Shown here: positions 13,995-26,634 of the stretch, one piece after another
Layout of the letters: each line of letters begins with the position of its first letter
How positions within the stretch are numbered: position 1 is the stretch's first letter
From: Eledone cirrhosa
Taxonomy: Eukaryota
Assembly (NCBI GenBank): GCA_964016885.1
Contig: OZ024743.1
Location: 277,946,001 to 278,010,000 of the forward strand
Direction of reading: 5' to 3'
DNA: 64,000 nucleotides
Program-made: the position numbers and the translations under genes
The notes under the pieces: model-generated
The model's database searches: none
Told to the model about the DNA's origin: nothing
The model's input: the letters and a program-made list of their open reading frames with translations, nothing else

Positions 13995-15395
13995 CGCCAT
14001 CTTTCGCAGTCGAACGCTGGACAGAAGGACCGGTGAAATTGCTCGGCGTCTGGTTCGGTCCGGACCTGCAGGTGCAGAAAAACTTGAACGAGGTCACAGC
14101 CAAGGTATTTGCACTCACCCAGAAGTGGGCAGTGTGCAAACTATCCTTGAAAAGTCGAGTGGAGGTGGTGAACACTTTCATAGCGTCCGTAATTTACTAC
14201 CGCCATCTACTGAAGCAGGCTCCACTGGTGAGGAGATCCGTCTGCTGTCAGCACCCTTCCAACGCAGGGCTGGGAATGCTGTGGCTGATGATGCGCAAAC
14301 ACGCGCTGAGGCTACGGCATCTCCAGGTATTCCTCACCGAACAACCGGTGTGGGCCCCGTTTGTGAGACAGGTCTTCCCGCAACTTATCTCGCTGACGGA
14401 GCTGCAGTCCTGGGTCAAGCGAAGACCGAAGAAAATGGGCGCCTGGCACATTGAATGCGCCCAGGCGTTTACAGTCCTCTTTCAAGCGGGCACAGCAATC
14501 AGTAGAGACTCCACTTCGATATTCTATGGAGGGTTAGTACGTTACAAGTGCGACGACGTGCTCGGAGAGACTCTGGGCGTCGAAGACGACGAGCTCACCA
14601 GTCTGTTCGGTAGGACTTTCTGCTCGGGACGCATGGACAACTTCCAGAGGTCCCTGGCCTGGCAATGCTACCGAGGATCTCTACCAGTTCGAGACAAGAT
14701 CTATAGGCACGGATACCCCGGCAGAGATCCTTCCAAGAGGACGTGTCCAAGATGTGAGCAGGACATTGAAACCGTCTTGCACGCAATTGTACACTTCCCG
14801 AGCGTAACCGACCTGTGGAGCTACGCAGAACAACTGCTGTCAGGTATGGGACAAATCCAGTTGACTGCCGACTCCATATAAGGATCAAACCACCAACATC
14901 TTTCAAAAACGAAAGAAAGGCGGTTTTCCTCTGTATAGTGGCTATGGTAAAATAGATTATATGGTAGACGAGATTGAAAGGACTGAGGACAGATGCCTGT
15001 CTCTCCGGATAACAACTCATTTCCTTCTTTAGGTATCACTTTAGAAGGAGAATCAGAATGGAGAGAGAGGCACTGCACCCCAGTAAATTTACTGAAAGGT
15101 GGGTGAATGTAGCAAAAATGGCCCGAGTGATTGGGCCTTCTCTGTATATAAAACTGTAGGTTGAAGATGAGAGCAAATGGAGGAAAGAACCACTTTCACA
15201 ACACGCTCCTGAAGTTGAGGGTTGTTCTATCTACGGGGTATTAAACAACCCATTTGTAACGCCTCCCCACTACAGGGGATTTCGATTGTTGAATTTGTCT
15301 GTTTAAACATTTTTTTACACGATTGTATGTAACATTCTGGGCATATGTCCTTGTATCGTCCCCTTTTCTAGTGCGCCCTTGTGGCAAATAAAGAA
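13995..15395 (+). mobile_element. 5'-truncated Tx1/L1-group LINE
   Basis: PVKLLGVWF..W...LSLKSRVEVVN and a zinc-binding region WQCYRGSLPVRDK..CPRC..ETVLH. The 3' UTR ends ggcaaataaagaa plus (atct)n. Confidence 0.85.
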
Positions 15396-15401
15396 ATCTA
15401 T

Positions 15402-15450
<49 letters not shown>

Positions 15451-15482
15451 GATGTGTCTGTGTCTATATGTCTGTCAGTCTG

Positions 15483-15522
<40 letters not shown>

Positions 15523-15689
15523 TCTCTCTCTCACACACACGCACTCACACACTAACACACAAACATACCCCCCCACACACACACTCACACACGCACTCAA
15601 ACACACACACACACACACTCACCCCCCTCTCTCACACACACACGTAAAGTTACTCCAGAGACCCTTCGAAGAAACCCCATTTCGACTGC

Positions 15690-15960
15690 TTTTACTCGTG
15701 CGTAGCTCGGAGATCACAGACTCACTCCAGGTAGAGCCGCTACTTCTACGAATTGAGAGATCTCAACGCCGATATTATGGGTATGTGCTTAAAAGGTCTC
15801 AAGAAAGAATCGCTGAGCAGATCTTGTGGGCAAATCCAACCGGCAGGAGACCCAGGGTTACAAACCGAGCAAGATGGTTAGATAACACCATGAGCTTAGT
15901 TGGTCTCGCTTAGGGATCCAACCGGATCATTGGAAACCGTTGCTTCTGACAGGACCCAAT
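15690..15960 (+). pseudogene. RTE-clade LINE C-terminal fragment
   Basis: VEPLLLRIERSQRRYYGYV..ILWANPTGRRPR..RWLD. Confidence 0.75.
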
Positions 15961-16704
15961 AAAATGAGTGGGCGAAGAAGACGAATAAATATACAAACAT
16001 GTACATACACACGCACACACATAACTTTTTACAAACATTAACCTTTCTGTGTTCCCACTCTCTTTCTCTCATACACAAATATACATTTGCTTTACTCCTT
16101 CTCACCACCAAATCGCACACAAATACACGCACACACAATATATATAGCAAACAAGACATTCAATATAGAGTATACAATACATTCACACACTAAATATATA
16201 TATATGTATATAAATACATATATATATATATATATATATGTATATAAATACATATATATATATATATGAATATAAATACATAAACGGAGAAAGCTAATAG
16301 CGATACTCCCGCCAAATTCCAACTCACTCAACAAACATTAGGAAATACCTGAGTATATTCCTAATTAAACGTTCGGGGTGCTAACTATATTGTATTGTGT
16401 GGACAATTGGCTGTATCATTTCATATGAGATATATCAAATATATCACTTCCCAGACGACTCGTTTCATTATAAGATTTCTACAAGTTGGGTGAAATTATA
16501 CCAAATTATGTAGAAGCTTGTATAAGATCAACAGATACTTATACAAGTGGGCTCTTATAATTCTTCAGTGGGTGCCCAATAATATTAATATTGATAACCA
16601 AATCAACATCAATATTTAGCGATAATCACCATCAGTGCTTGATAGAGCTGCTAGGTTGTTAGTCCAGCAGTTCTAAAGAAAATCTCTCTCACACACACAC
16701 ACAC

Positions 16705-16829
<125 letters not shown>

Positions 16830-16997
16830 CGGATTAACAAATAATAGTTAAATGCAGTCCACTTAGGTGAAGTCCAGTTATGGTATTCCAGGTAGTGGAT
16901 GATATTAACGCTTGGCTTGGTTTGACTCAACAAGGCGTTTTCATAGTGATGCTGCGGGTATGCTGTAATTCCTATGTTGTAAACACTTGGAGTAATA

Positions 16998-17307
16998 ATA
17001 AATCAGGAAAGAAAGTTTACATGGTTTGCTATACAAAAAAGTTTTTAATCACATAGCTTACATTTGTTTCACTGAACTGGTATGTCTAGAGATCGCTATC
17101 CGCCTAATTTTGCGTCACTCGATCGCCAATACAGAATTATAACCAGTCAGATCTTCGGAGCATGCGAATTCTGTATTGGCGATCGAGTGACGCAAAATTA
17201 GGCGGATAGCGATCTCTAGACATACCAGTTCAGTGAAACAAATGTAAGCTATGTGATTAAAAACTTTTTTGTATAGCAAACCATGTAAACTTTCTTTCCT
17301 GATTTAT
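16998..17307. repeat. Perfect inverted repeat with 141-bp arms and a 28-bp spacer
   Basis: 16998-17138 is the reverse complement of 17167-17307. The right end lies in (TA)n. Confidence 0.95.
17052..17164 (-). ncRNA. Variant hammerhead motif with a long stem-loop II
   Basis: catgct-CCGAAGA-tctgactggt...accagttcagt-GAAA-caaatg-TA-agctatg. The core has a U-to-C change. Confidence 0.5.
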
Positions 17308-17373
17308 ATATATATATATATATACATACTGACGAAACATAAGTCAATTGCATGAACTCATAATCCTTTATTT

Positions 17374-17426
17374 ACTGCTTATTTCGATGATAGCCATTGA
17401 ATGATTATGACCTCATCAGGCAGTTA
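17374..17426 (-). ncRNA. Degenerate hammerhead motif, same family as 52735-52789
   Basis: actgc-CTGATGA-ggtca..atggctatcatc-GAAA-taa-gcagt. Stem III is deleted. Confidence 0.45.
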
Positions 17427-17509
17427 GTCAGTTCTTAGATATACCAGCTCTGTGTTTATGGTATTGATGGTATCAGAGCCTTGGGACATATCTATATATT
17501 ATATATATA

Positions 17510-17619
17510 TGTTGATGCTCTAAGGACAGACACTGGGCTCTTGGAGATGCAAGACATAATGAGGGACTGAGACCGCTGGAGAGAACCCGTCCATGGATCT
17601 CGGGAATTTTACCCGCCCT
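17510..17619 (+). mobile_element. Short 3' end of an RTE-group LINE (same family as 41668-42415)
   Basis: Ends gggaattttacccgccc plus (TA)n. An inverted copy lies at 18512-18622 and a trace at 26552-26575. Confidence 0.8.
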
Positions 17620-17661
17620 ATATATATATATATATATATATATAAACATATACACATATAT

Positions 17662-17705
<44 letters not shown>

Positions 17706-17711
17706 GTATAT

Positions 17712-17765
<54 letters not shown>

Positions 17766-17785
17766 GTTTATATATATATGTATAT

Positions 17786-17837
<52 letters not shown>

Positions 17838-17868
17838 ATATATATATGTATATATATATATATGTTAT

Positions 17869-18478
17869 GTCAGGTCACCAGTTGGTGCTACTGGTAACAT
17901 GTATCCCAGTACAACCTGTCTCATGGTCGGGTCGTTGGCGACTAAACTGGCAACCCCACCAAGGTTTCTTGGTGAGGAGGGTGACTTTGGACATCCTGCA
18001 GGACTAAAAACAAAACCTGTCAAAGGGCAAAGGAGCTCTTAAGTGTCAATGGCCATCCAAAATCACTGGGAGAGATGACCCCTTAGCCTTTGTCAAGGCA
18101 GAATTCTAGGAGAAGGAAAACTCTGATATAACACCTGCAACCCTGATGGTATCCAATGATGTTGACTAGTTCTTCTTTTTGGTAAATATCATCTTGGTTA
18201 AGAGAGTGGGACTGGCTTTGTGCAGTGCCTTTGCTCACTATAAAAGCTTCACGGCACAGGCATTGCTTTATATCTGGAGATCTCTCCGCACTTGTCGTCA
18301 CATGGTACCATGGGCCCAACACTATGTGTCAATAGTTGTCACAAGTGTAGTGTTTGTACCAGAGTTTTCAAGTCGCTGGCTGGACTAAAAAGTCACACTC
18401 GTTCAGCGCATCGGTAGGGGTTCTCCTACATGGATATAAAGTAGTGGTCGTACTCGAAAACGAGTTGGCAGCCACCAT
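17869..18478 (+). mobile_element. Bipartite non-autonomous RTE-derived element, family A (about 610 bp)
   Basis: Near-identical copies at 22752-23360 and 55898-56507. Contains the RTE 5'-UTR-like ctaggagaaggaaaactctga and a terminal C2H2 remnant. Confidence 0.85.
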
Positions 18479-18511
18479 ATATATATGTATATGTTTATAT
18501 ATATATATATA

Positions 18512-18622
18512 TAGGGCGGGTAAAATTCCCGAGATCCATGGACGAGTTCCCTCCAGCGGTCTCTGTCCCTCATTATGTCCTGAATCTCCAAGAGACCAGT
18601 GTCGGTCCTTAGGGCACCAACA
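18512..18622 (-). mobile_element. Short 3' end of an RTE-group LINE
   Basis: [33 protein letters not shown] followed by (TA)n. Confidence 0.8.
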
Positions 18623-18760
18623 TATATATACACTACAACGGCCAATACGTTTCGTTAGCGTTGAGGACCAACTTCTTTAATCTGTGCCGATGAAATGAAC
18701 CTGAAAATGTTTACTGAAAAAATAAATACGGAACAAGAATTCGCATGCTAATCGTTTTAT

Positions 18761-18807
<47 letters not shown>

Positions 18808-18998
18808 GGGGGGGGGGATGTATGTGTGTGTATGAATTTTATATATCTGAAGATATACGGTATGTCTAATAAATAAACATTTTGAAAGCCCAGCAATGAA
18901 AATTGAAAGGCTGACGGCCAGTGCTCTCTACAGTAGAAGCAACGAGGAACAACTGTCCATGCGCATTTCGAGAGCTACTGAATCTCGTCAGAACAGTG

Positions 18999-19045
<47 letters not shown>

Positions 19046-19114
19046 ATATATATTTATATATAAATATATACAATCTTGGTTTTTTGTATATATATATATA
19101 TATATATATATAAG

Positions 19115-19159
<45 letters not shown>

Positions 19160-19229
19160 ATATATAAGATTAAAATACTAGAGTGCATTGGAGTTAAACA
19201 CACTCGTCGTATATATATATATATAGAAG

Positions 19230-19307
<78 letters not shown>

Positions 19308-19312
<5 letters not shown>

Positions 19313-19661
19313 ATATTAAATAAATGGAAACTATATTTATAAAACCATATTTATTTTATTATTTTATTATATATATTTCAAGGGTAACCAAGACAACATT
19401 GGTACGCTTTCATCAGATAAAATACAAAGTTTGTTTTATAAATAGAGACGTACTCATGAAAATCATACCTTATCGGTTGGAAATTCACTGCATAGGTCCA
19501 ACCGATAAGGTATGATTTTCATGGGTACGTCTCTATTTATAAAACAAACTATGTATTTTATCTGATGAAAGCGTACCAATCTTGTCTTGGTACCCTTGAC
19601 ATATATATAATAAAATAAATATGGTTTTATAAATATAGTTTCCATTTATTTAATATCATTG
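19308..19661. repeat. Inverted repeat with arms of about 170 bp and a 17-bp spacer; a hammerhead lies in each arm
   Basis: 19308-19480 versus 19498-19661, with a few mismatches and one short indel. Confidence 0.95.
19360..19424 (-). ncRNA. Type I hammerhead ribozyme (the mirror copy at 19554-19617 + has GAAA changed to GACA)
   Basis: tattttat-CTGATGA-aagcgtaccaa...ttggttaccctt-GAAA-tatata-TA-ataaaata: 8-bp stem I and a palindromic stem III. Confidence 0.8.
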
Positions 19662-20163
19662 AATATTTACTCCAGTAACTGTTGAGTGCTCTAAATCAGT
19701 TATAAACATTTATATTTGTCGGACTTCCAATAAATTAAATACCCCTTCTACTTATATATATATATATATAGTACATTATGAAGAGAGAAGAAACATTTAG
19801 ATATAATTAGTAATAAGATGTATCATACCTAAACTGCTTCTAGATTCCTCGACTACGTAGTTTCGTGGCATAATCAAAAACATTACATCATAGAGATATA
19901 GAGTTTTTGTGAGGTCTGCCGACTTATCAAGAGGATACCTCATTTTACTAGCTTCAGAGAGCACGTCTATAAGATGTGAGATAGAATCCCGAAAGGCGGA
20001 GGGGGAGTCAATCACGTGATACGACGGTCAAGAAACAGATTTAAGCCCCTTATAACCCTGAAAAAAATACCACCGAGGCGGAATTAATATATACAAAATA
20101 TATAGAGAAACACACAGATACATGCGGACACATACATATACATGAATATATCCACATATATCC

Positions 20164-20310
<147 letters not shown>

Positions 20311-20319
20311 CCTACATGC

Positions 20320-20387
<68 letters not shown>

Positions 20388-20390
20388 TTG

Positions 20391-20543
20391 TACGAATATC
20401 GGCTGAAAAGTTTATAGGCTGACTATGAAGGAGTGACATCTAGCATGCATGTATTTCAATAACTGCATGGATTCTTTCTAGGCTCTAAAACTAAACCTCA
20501 TTTGGTCATTCCATGAGAGTAACTTGATCAGCCTATGAACATT
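20391..20543 (+). mobile_element. Mariner-like terminal fragment
   Basis: tacgaatatcggctgaaaagtttataggctga resembles TACGAGGG-type mariner TIRs. A partial inverted match (tcagcctatgaac) lies at about 20528-20540. Confidence 0.45.
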
Positions 20544-20583
20544 TCTGCCGCCCCTTTTATGTGTGAGTGTGTGTGTATGTGAT

Positions 20584-20614
<31 letters not shown>

Positions 20615-20824
20615 GCGCGTGTGTTTGTGTGTGTGTATACCTCATATGTATACACTCACGCACTTAGGAACTGCTATGTAATCACTTAACCTACTAGAAC
20701 TAGCCACGTTCCCATGTGATCACATCCCAGTGATGTAGTAATTGACACATTGGATAATATGGTGTAGGGTTCAATGCATGTAGAAAAACGCCAGTCAGGA
20801 TTGGAAATACTTTATTCATAGATA

Positions 20825-22040
20825 TGCCACCACTACCACCATCCACACTACAGCTAAAACAACGACGACAACCAGCAGCATTACCAACACCACCACCACC
20901 ACCACCATCACCATCTCGAGATGCCACCACAACTAAACCCAAGACATACCAACAGCACCAGCACTAGCACCATTAACCATGCTGCAACTAAATTAGCGAC
21001 GACAACCAACAGTTGTAGCAACACCTCCACCATCACCATCTCGACATACCGCCACAACTACCACCAAGACACACCACCAGCACTAGCAGCAGCCCACGCA
21101 CCAGCACCAACACCAGCATCAACACAAGCACCAGCAGTAACACCACCAGCCTCAGCATCAACACCAGCACCACACCATAACTACCCCCACATACACATCC
21201 ATCGTCAGGACACACCACCAACACCACAACAACAACAATACAACAACACCACAACGACCACAACCACCTCCCTCACCCTCACGACACACTACCACAACCA
21301 CCACCAACACCACCAACACCACCATCACCACCACCGCCAACACCACCACCACCACCACCACAACCACCACCAACATCAACACCACCACCTCCTCCAACAC
21401 CACCAACTCCACCAGCACCACCACCAACGCCACCACCACCACCACCACCACCACCACCACCACTACCACCACCACAACCACCAACATCAACACCACCACC
21501 TCCACCACCACCGCCACCACCACAACCACCAACATCAACACCACCACCTCCTCCACCACCACCGCTTCCACCACCACCTCCACCACCACCACCACAACCA
21601 CCAACATCAACACCACCACCACCTGCACCACCACCACCACCACCACCAAAACCACCAACATCAACATCACCACCTCCTCCACCACCTTCAACTGCCCCAC
21701 ACCCCCACCACCACCACAACCACCTCCTCCACCACCACCACCACCACCACAACCACCACCTGCACCACCACCTGCACCACCACCACCACCACCACCACCA
21801 CCATCACCACCACCACCACCACCACCACCACCTCCTCCACCACCACCACCACAACCACCAACATCAACACCACCACCACCTCCATCACCACCACCATCAC
21901 AAATACCACCACCAATACCACCACCACCACCAACACCACAACCAACACCACCACCCTCATGACACACTACCACAACCATCACCATCGTCATCACAACAAA
22001 CCAACACCACCAACAACAACACAACGAACAACAACAACAA
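20825..22040. repeat. (CAC/CAA)n trinucleotide low-complexity tract
   Basis: Directly visible, with a recurring caaccaccaacatcaacaccaccacct subunit. Confidence 0.9.
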
Positions 22041-22751
22041 ATTGGCGTGGCATCAGTTAATATCTGATATATGATGTAAAATTATTTAATTTTACGTTTA
22101 GTTTTATTTTTATTTTCTGAGAAAGTTGAACGCTATAAATAGCCTGCAAATTATAGACGAATCTAAGTAATTAGCTATCGGTTTTAATGAAAAGAATAAT
22201 TAATAGGCACCACTATATAATTACAGTCTTAATCATCGATAAATATCGATTAGATCATACACAACCTTCCAGACGTATTAACAACAATGTAAAAACTTTT
22301 CATATCTCTCATTGGGTTTGTGTTGTTTGTATGTAACTCCAAGTTTGACAGCCTCAATTGTATATCTCTCTTTCTATGTATGTACGCATGTATGTATGTA
22401 TGTATGTATGTATGTATGTATGTATGTATGTATGTATGTATGTATGTATGTATGTATGTATGTATGTATGTACGCATGTATGTATATATGTATGTATCTA
22501 TGTATGTATATATGTATGTATGTATGCATATATGCATATATGTATGTATTTATGTATGTATGTATGTACGCATGTACCTATGTATGTATGTATGCGTGTA
22601 TGCATGTTTGTAGTCAGGTACCTATGTATTTATGTATGTATATATATATGTATGTATCTGTATGTATGTCCGCATGTATGTATGTATGCATGTATGTTTG
22701 CATGCATGTGTATATGTACGCATGTATGTATGTATCTATGTATGTATGTAT

Positions 22752-23577
22752 GTCAGGTCACCAGTTGGTGCTACTGGTAACATGTATCCCAGTACAACCT
22801 GTCTCATGGTCGGGTCGTTGGCGACTAAACTGGCAACCCCACCAAGGTTTCTTGGTGAGGAGGGTGACTTTGGACATCCTGCAGGACTAAAAACAAAACC
22901 TGTCAAAGTGCAAAGGAGCTCTTAAGAGTTAATGGCCATCCAAATTCACCGGGAGAGATGACTCCTTAGCCTTTGTCAAGGCAGAATTCTAGGAGAAGGA
23001 AAACTCTGATATAACACCTGCAACCCTGATGGTATCCAATGATGTTGACTTGTTCTTCTTTTTGGTAAATATCATCTTGGTTAAGAGAGTGGGACTGGCT
23101 TTGTGCAGTGCCTTTGCTCACTATAAAAGCTTCACGGCACAGGCATTGCTTTGTATCTGGAGATCTCTCTGCACTTGTCATCACATGGTACCATGGGCCG
23201 AGCATTATGTGTCAATAATTGTCACAAGTGTAGTGTTTGTACCAGGGTTTTCAAGTCGCTGGCTGCCTAAAAAGTCACACTTGTTCAGCGCATCGGTAGG
23301 GGTTCTCCTACATGGATATAAAGTAGTGGCCGTACTCGAAAACGAGTTGGCAGCCACCATGTATGTATGTATGTCAGGTCACCAGTTGGTGCTACTGGTA
23401 ACATGTATCCCAGTACAACCTGTCCCATGGTCAGGTCGTTGGCGACTAATGGCAACCCCACCAAGGTTTCTTGGTGAGGAGGGTGACTTTTGACATCCTG
23501 CAGGACTAAAAACAAAACCTGTCAAAGGGCAAATGAGCTCTTAAGCGTCAATGGCCATCCAAAATCACAGCCACCAT
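22752..23577 (+). mobile_element. Family A bipartite RTE element (22752-23360) followed by an internally deleted copy (23373-23577)
   Basis: Matches 17869-18478. Embedded in (TATG)n. Confidence 0.85.
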
Positions 23578-23614
23578 GTATGTATGTATGTATGTATGTA
23601 TGTATGTATGTATG

Positions 23615-23645
<31 letters not shown>

Positions 23646-23712
23646 GAGCAGAATAACTCATAAGAGTCAACAGCCAATCAAAAATGTGTAAAATATGTAT
23701 ATATATATATGC

Positions 23713-23770
<58 letters not shown>

Positions 23771-23799
23771 GGATATACACGTATGCATGTATATGTAAA

Positions 23800-24126
23800 T
23801 GCACGGGACAGAAATAGTCGGGCTGGAAACCCGATTGCGCGGTTAAACCACTGGGAGTGAAGGGCCCCTAACCTTTGTCAGAGTATTCTTCTAGGAGAAG
23901 GCATTTCAGGAAGCTGGGATAACTCCGACATAAAACCTGCGACTCAGTAGTTACCAATGATGTTGATCTTTTCGGGTTATAGCTACTGTCGCTCATAGAG
24001 TGGGATTGGCTCAGTGCACAGTCTTTACTCACTTTTAAAAAATCTTCACGATAGCTTTAATTGATAATTATTAATACTGTTATATCGAGCACTGGCCATA
24101 CTCGATAACGAGGGGGAAGCCATCAT
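23800..24126 (+). mobile_element. Family B bipartite RTE element (3' part)
   Basis: Matches 7105-7453. Confidence 0.75.
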
Positions 24127-24137
24127 GTATGTATGTG

Positions 24138-24437
24138 TGAAGGCACTTGGCTACGTGGTTAGGGTATACCGTGTACACTCGTAACGTCATGAGATTCACA
24201 ACGGATCTTTGGGCCTAGAACAAGATATTTTATTTCACCTTGCCCCAATTCACTCAGCTGACAAAAATGAGTTGTACCTGTAATTTGAAGTGCTAGCCTT
24301 GTCACACTCTTTGTCACACTGAATCTCCCTGAGAACTACGTTAAGGGTAAGCGTGTCTGTGCAATCCTCAGCCACTTTTAAGTTCCATTGATCGAATCAA
24401 CTGGAACACTCATCGTCGTAACCGACTGAGTGTCAGT
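24138..24437 (+). mobile_element. SINE family 2 (tRNA-like head)
   Basis: tgaagg..tggct..gtggttag A-box-like start and a ttcactcagctg..atgagttg core shared with 53161-53490. Confidence 0.6.
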
Positions 24438-24496
24438 TATGTATGTTATGTACGTGTGTTTATGTTTTGGGCGCGCGTATACATATTTCTAAGTGT

Positions 24497-24618
24497 ATGT
24501 GTGTATATGTGGCATCTATCTACGCTGCTTTGTGTTTGAATATGGGTGTATATAATATTGTGTAAATGTGTGCGCTTCAATGAATTATACGTATTTCATT
24601 GCATTTTTTATGTAGCTT

Positions 24619-24687
<69 letters not shown>

Positions 24688-24693
24688 ACGTAC

Positions 24694-24737
<44 letters not shown>

Positions 24738-24743
24738 GTACAC

Positions 24744-24824
<81 letters not shown>

Positions 24825-24947
24825 AAGCTACATAAAAAATGGAATGAAATACGTATAATTCATTGAAGCGCACACATTTACACAATATTATATACACCCA
24901 TATTCAAATACAAAACAGCGTAGATAGATGCCACATATACACACATA
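24497..24947. repeat. About 450-bp palindrome with mirrored internal microsatellites
   Basis: 24497-24622 is the reverse complement of 24821-24947. The inner (TA)n(TG)n-tacgtaca block is mirrored as well. Confidence 0.9.
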
Positions 24948-24948
24948 T

Positions 24949-25608
24949 GTGTGTTTCCTTGAAAACTCGTATGACTTTAAAACCCGGTTCGTCTGTTTGT
25001 TTACATACAGACTAGCTGGACACTCACTGTAAAGTGTCTAGTGAAAAACTCGGTAGATGTACATATGTATACATGTGTGTATTTATATGCATACTAGTAC
25101 TTCCGTATACATATGTAGATGTACACTTTAACTTAATTGTTTAAGCGTCAGTCATACAAAAGTGAGTTAGAAACGAAACGAAATTTAATTTCGTTTCGTT
25201 ATTTGTTTTTATCGTTGCCGCTGAACCGGTGCGTACAATGACTCACGTTCTATGCAAATTAGTCTGCCCACTACTGATTTTCATAGAAAAAGCATATAAC
25301 GATATGTGCTTTTACAATTCTCCAGAGAAGCCGGAAGATGGGTATATATTGCTGATGAGATGTAATAACATCGAAACTAGTCCAATATTCCTGTATGCCT
25401 CTCTAGAGAATAGAGGAAGTGTGTTTCCTTGAAAACTCGTATGACTTTAAAACCCGGTTCGTCTGTTTGTTTACATACAGACTAGCTGGACACTCACTGT
25501 AAAGTGTCTAGTGAAAAATTCGGTACATGTACATATGTATACATGTGTGTATTTATATGCATACTAGTACTTCCGTATACATATGTAGATGTACACTTTA
25601 ACTTAATT

Positions 25609-25613
<5 letters not shown>
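24949..25613 (+). mobile_element. About 471-bp hammerhead-bearing unit plus a 195-bp head-to-tail repeat (retrozyme/pLTR-like)
   Basis: 24949-25143 is repeated at 25420-25613 with about 2 mismatches. Ends in (TA)n. Confidence 0.8.
25346..25388 (+). ncRNA. Minimal type I hammerhead ribozyme with an intact core
   Basis: atattg-CTGATGA-gatgt/aata/acatc-GAAA-ctag-TC-caatat: perfect stems I and II and a palindromic stem III. Confidence 0.88.
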
Positions 25614-25643
<30 letters not shown>

Positions 25644-25693
25644 GTGAAAAAGGAGAACGTTAGAAAACGTTCTATACAAATCACGTTATATGA

Positions 25694-25999
25694 GGAAAAT
25701 TATAAAAAAGGGTTTGAAAGGCGCACCAGGTATATATAAATGAAAGATCATTATAAGATTTGTGATTAGGTTAAATTGTTTTTTTTTCGCGAAATCTCTA
25801 GAAATGTAATCGAGAATAAGCATGCTGGTGTTTTAAAGAAAAAACAATTTAACCCAATAAATGTTTTGATAATCCAAACCGAAGAAAGCAGGCTTTTGCT
25901 AAGCATCAATTTTTAACATCAAGTTTTGTACATTTTATAAAGAACCTTTATATATATACCAGGTGCCCTTTTGAAACCCTTTTTTTAAAAATTATTTTC
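25694..25999. repeat. Imperfect inverted-repeat element between microsatellites
   Basis: aaaaaagggtttgaaaggcgcaccaggtatatata versus tatatataccaggtgcccttttgaaaccctttttt, plus an inner ggttaaattgtttttt/aaaaacaatttaacc pair. Confidence 0.6.
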
Positions 26000-26001
26000 T
26001 C

Positions 26002-26103
<102 letters not shown>

Positions 26104-26145
26104 GTCGCAAACTCACTATAAAAGTATTGCAATCGCTTGTTGGAT

Positions 26146-26480
26146 TCATATGTGAGACGGTCGGATCTGGTTTTTCAAACCTTCTAGAGACTTGCACTCA
26201 TTCGCGCATTGACAACAACAATGGCTCTCCCTAGCCTCAGGTCTTGCATCAGATTGCCTGTGAACCTTCCCATGCCGCTTCAGTCTTGCTACAGATTGAC
26301 ATTCTTTGCCACATTCATTACATTTTTCAATACCGTGGAGATCATAGTTCACTGGTTCTCTCTGAGCATGCCTGCGACTGTGGCTCCTGAGTCCATATTG
26401 GCTGAAGCACACCTTTCCACACCTGGGGCACACCAATTCAATGGAGATACCGATCATTTCAAGAGATACACCAGCGCATT
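26146..26480 (-). pseudogene. Three C2H2-like zinc fingers, probably an RTE LINE C-terminus
   Basis: CPRCGKVCFSQYGLRSHSRRH, CNECGKECQSVARLKRHGKVH and a degenerate third finger resembling the family A finger. No TGEKP linkers. Confidence 0.6.
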
Positions 26481-26579
26481 GCTTACGAACATCCCACTGG
26501 CTGGGTGATGAGGGTGATAGTTTGATACCCTGCGGGATATATGTATGTATCTAGGGCGGGTAAAATTCCCGAGATGAGT

Positions 26580-26634
<55 letters not shown>

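Noticed and set aside
18083-18322. 79-aa ORF conserved at four loci (MLGPWYHV...)
   Set aside because: Antisense frame of a young repeat; the conservation reflects recent copying, not coding selection.
20921-22060. 379-aa His/Thr-rich ORF
   Set aside because: The (CAC)n tract is open in several frames on both strands, switches from His to Thr by slippage and has no domain or splice evidence.
22312-22890. MYVC-repeat ORFs
   Set aside because: (TATG)n microsatellite running into a repeat element.
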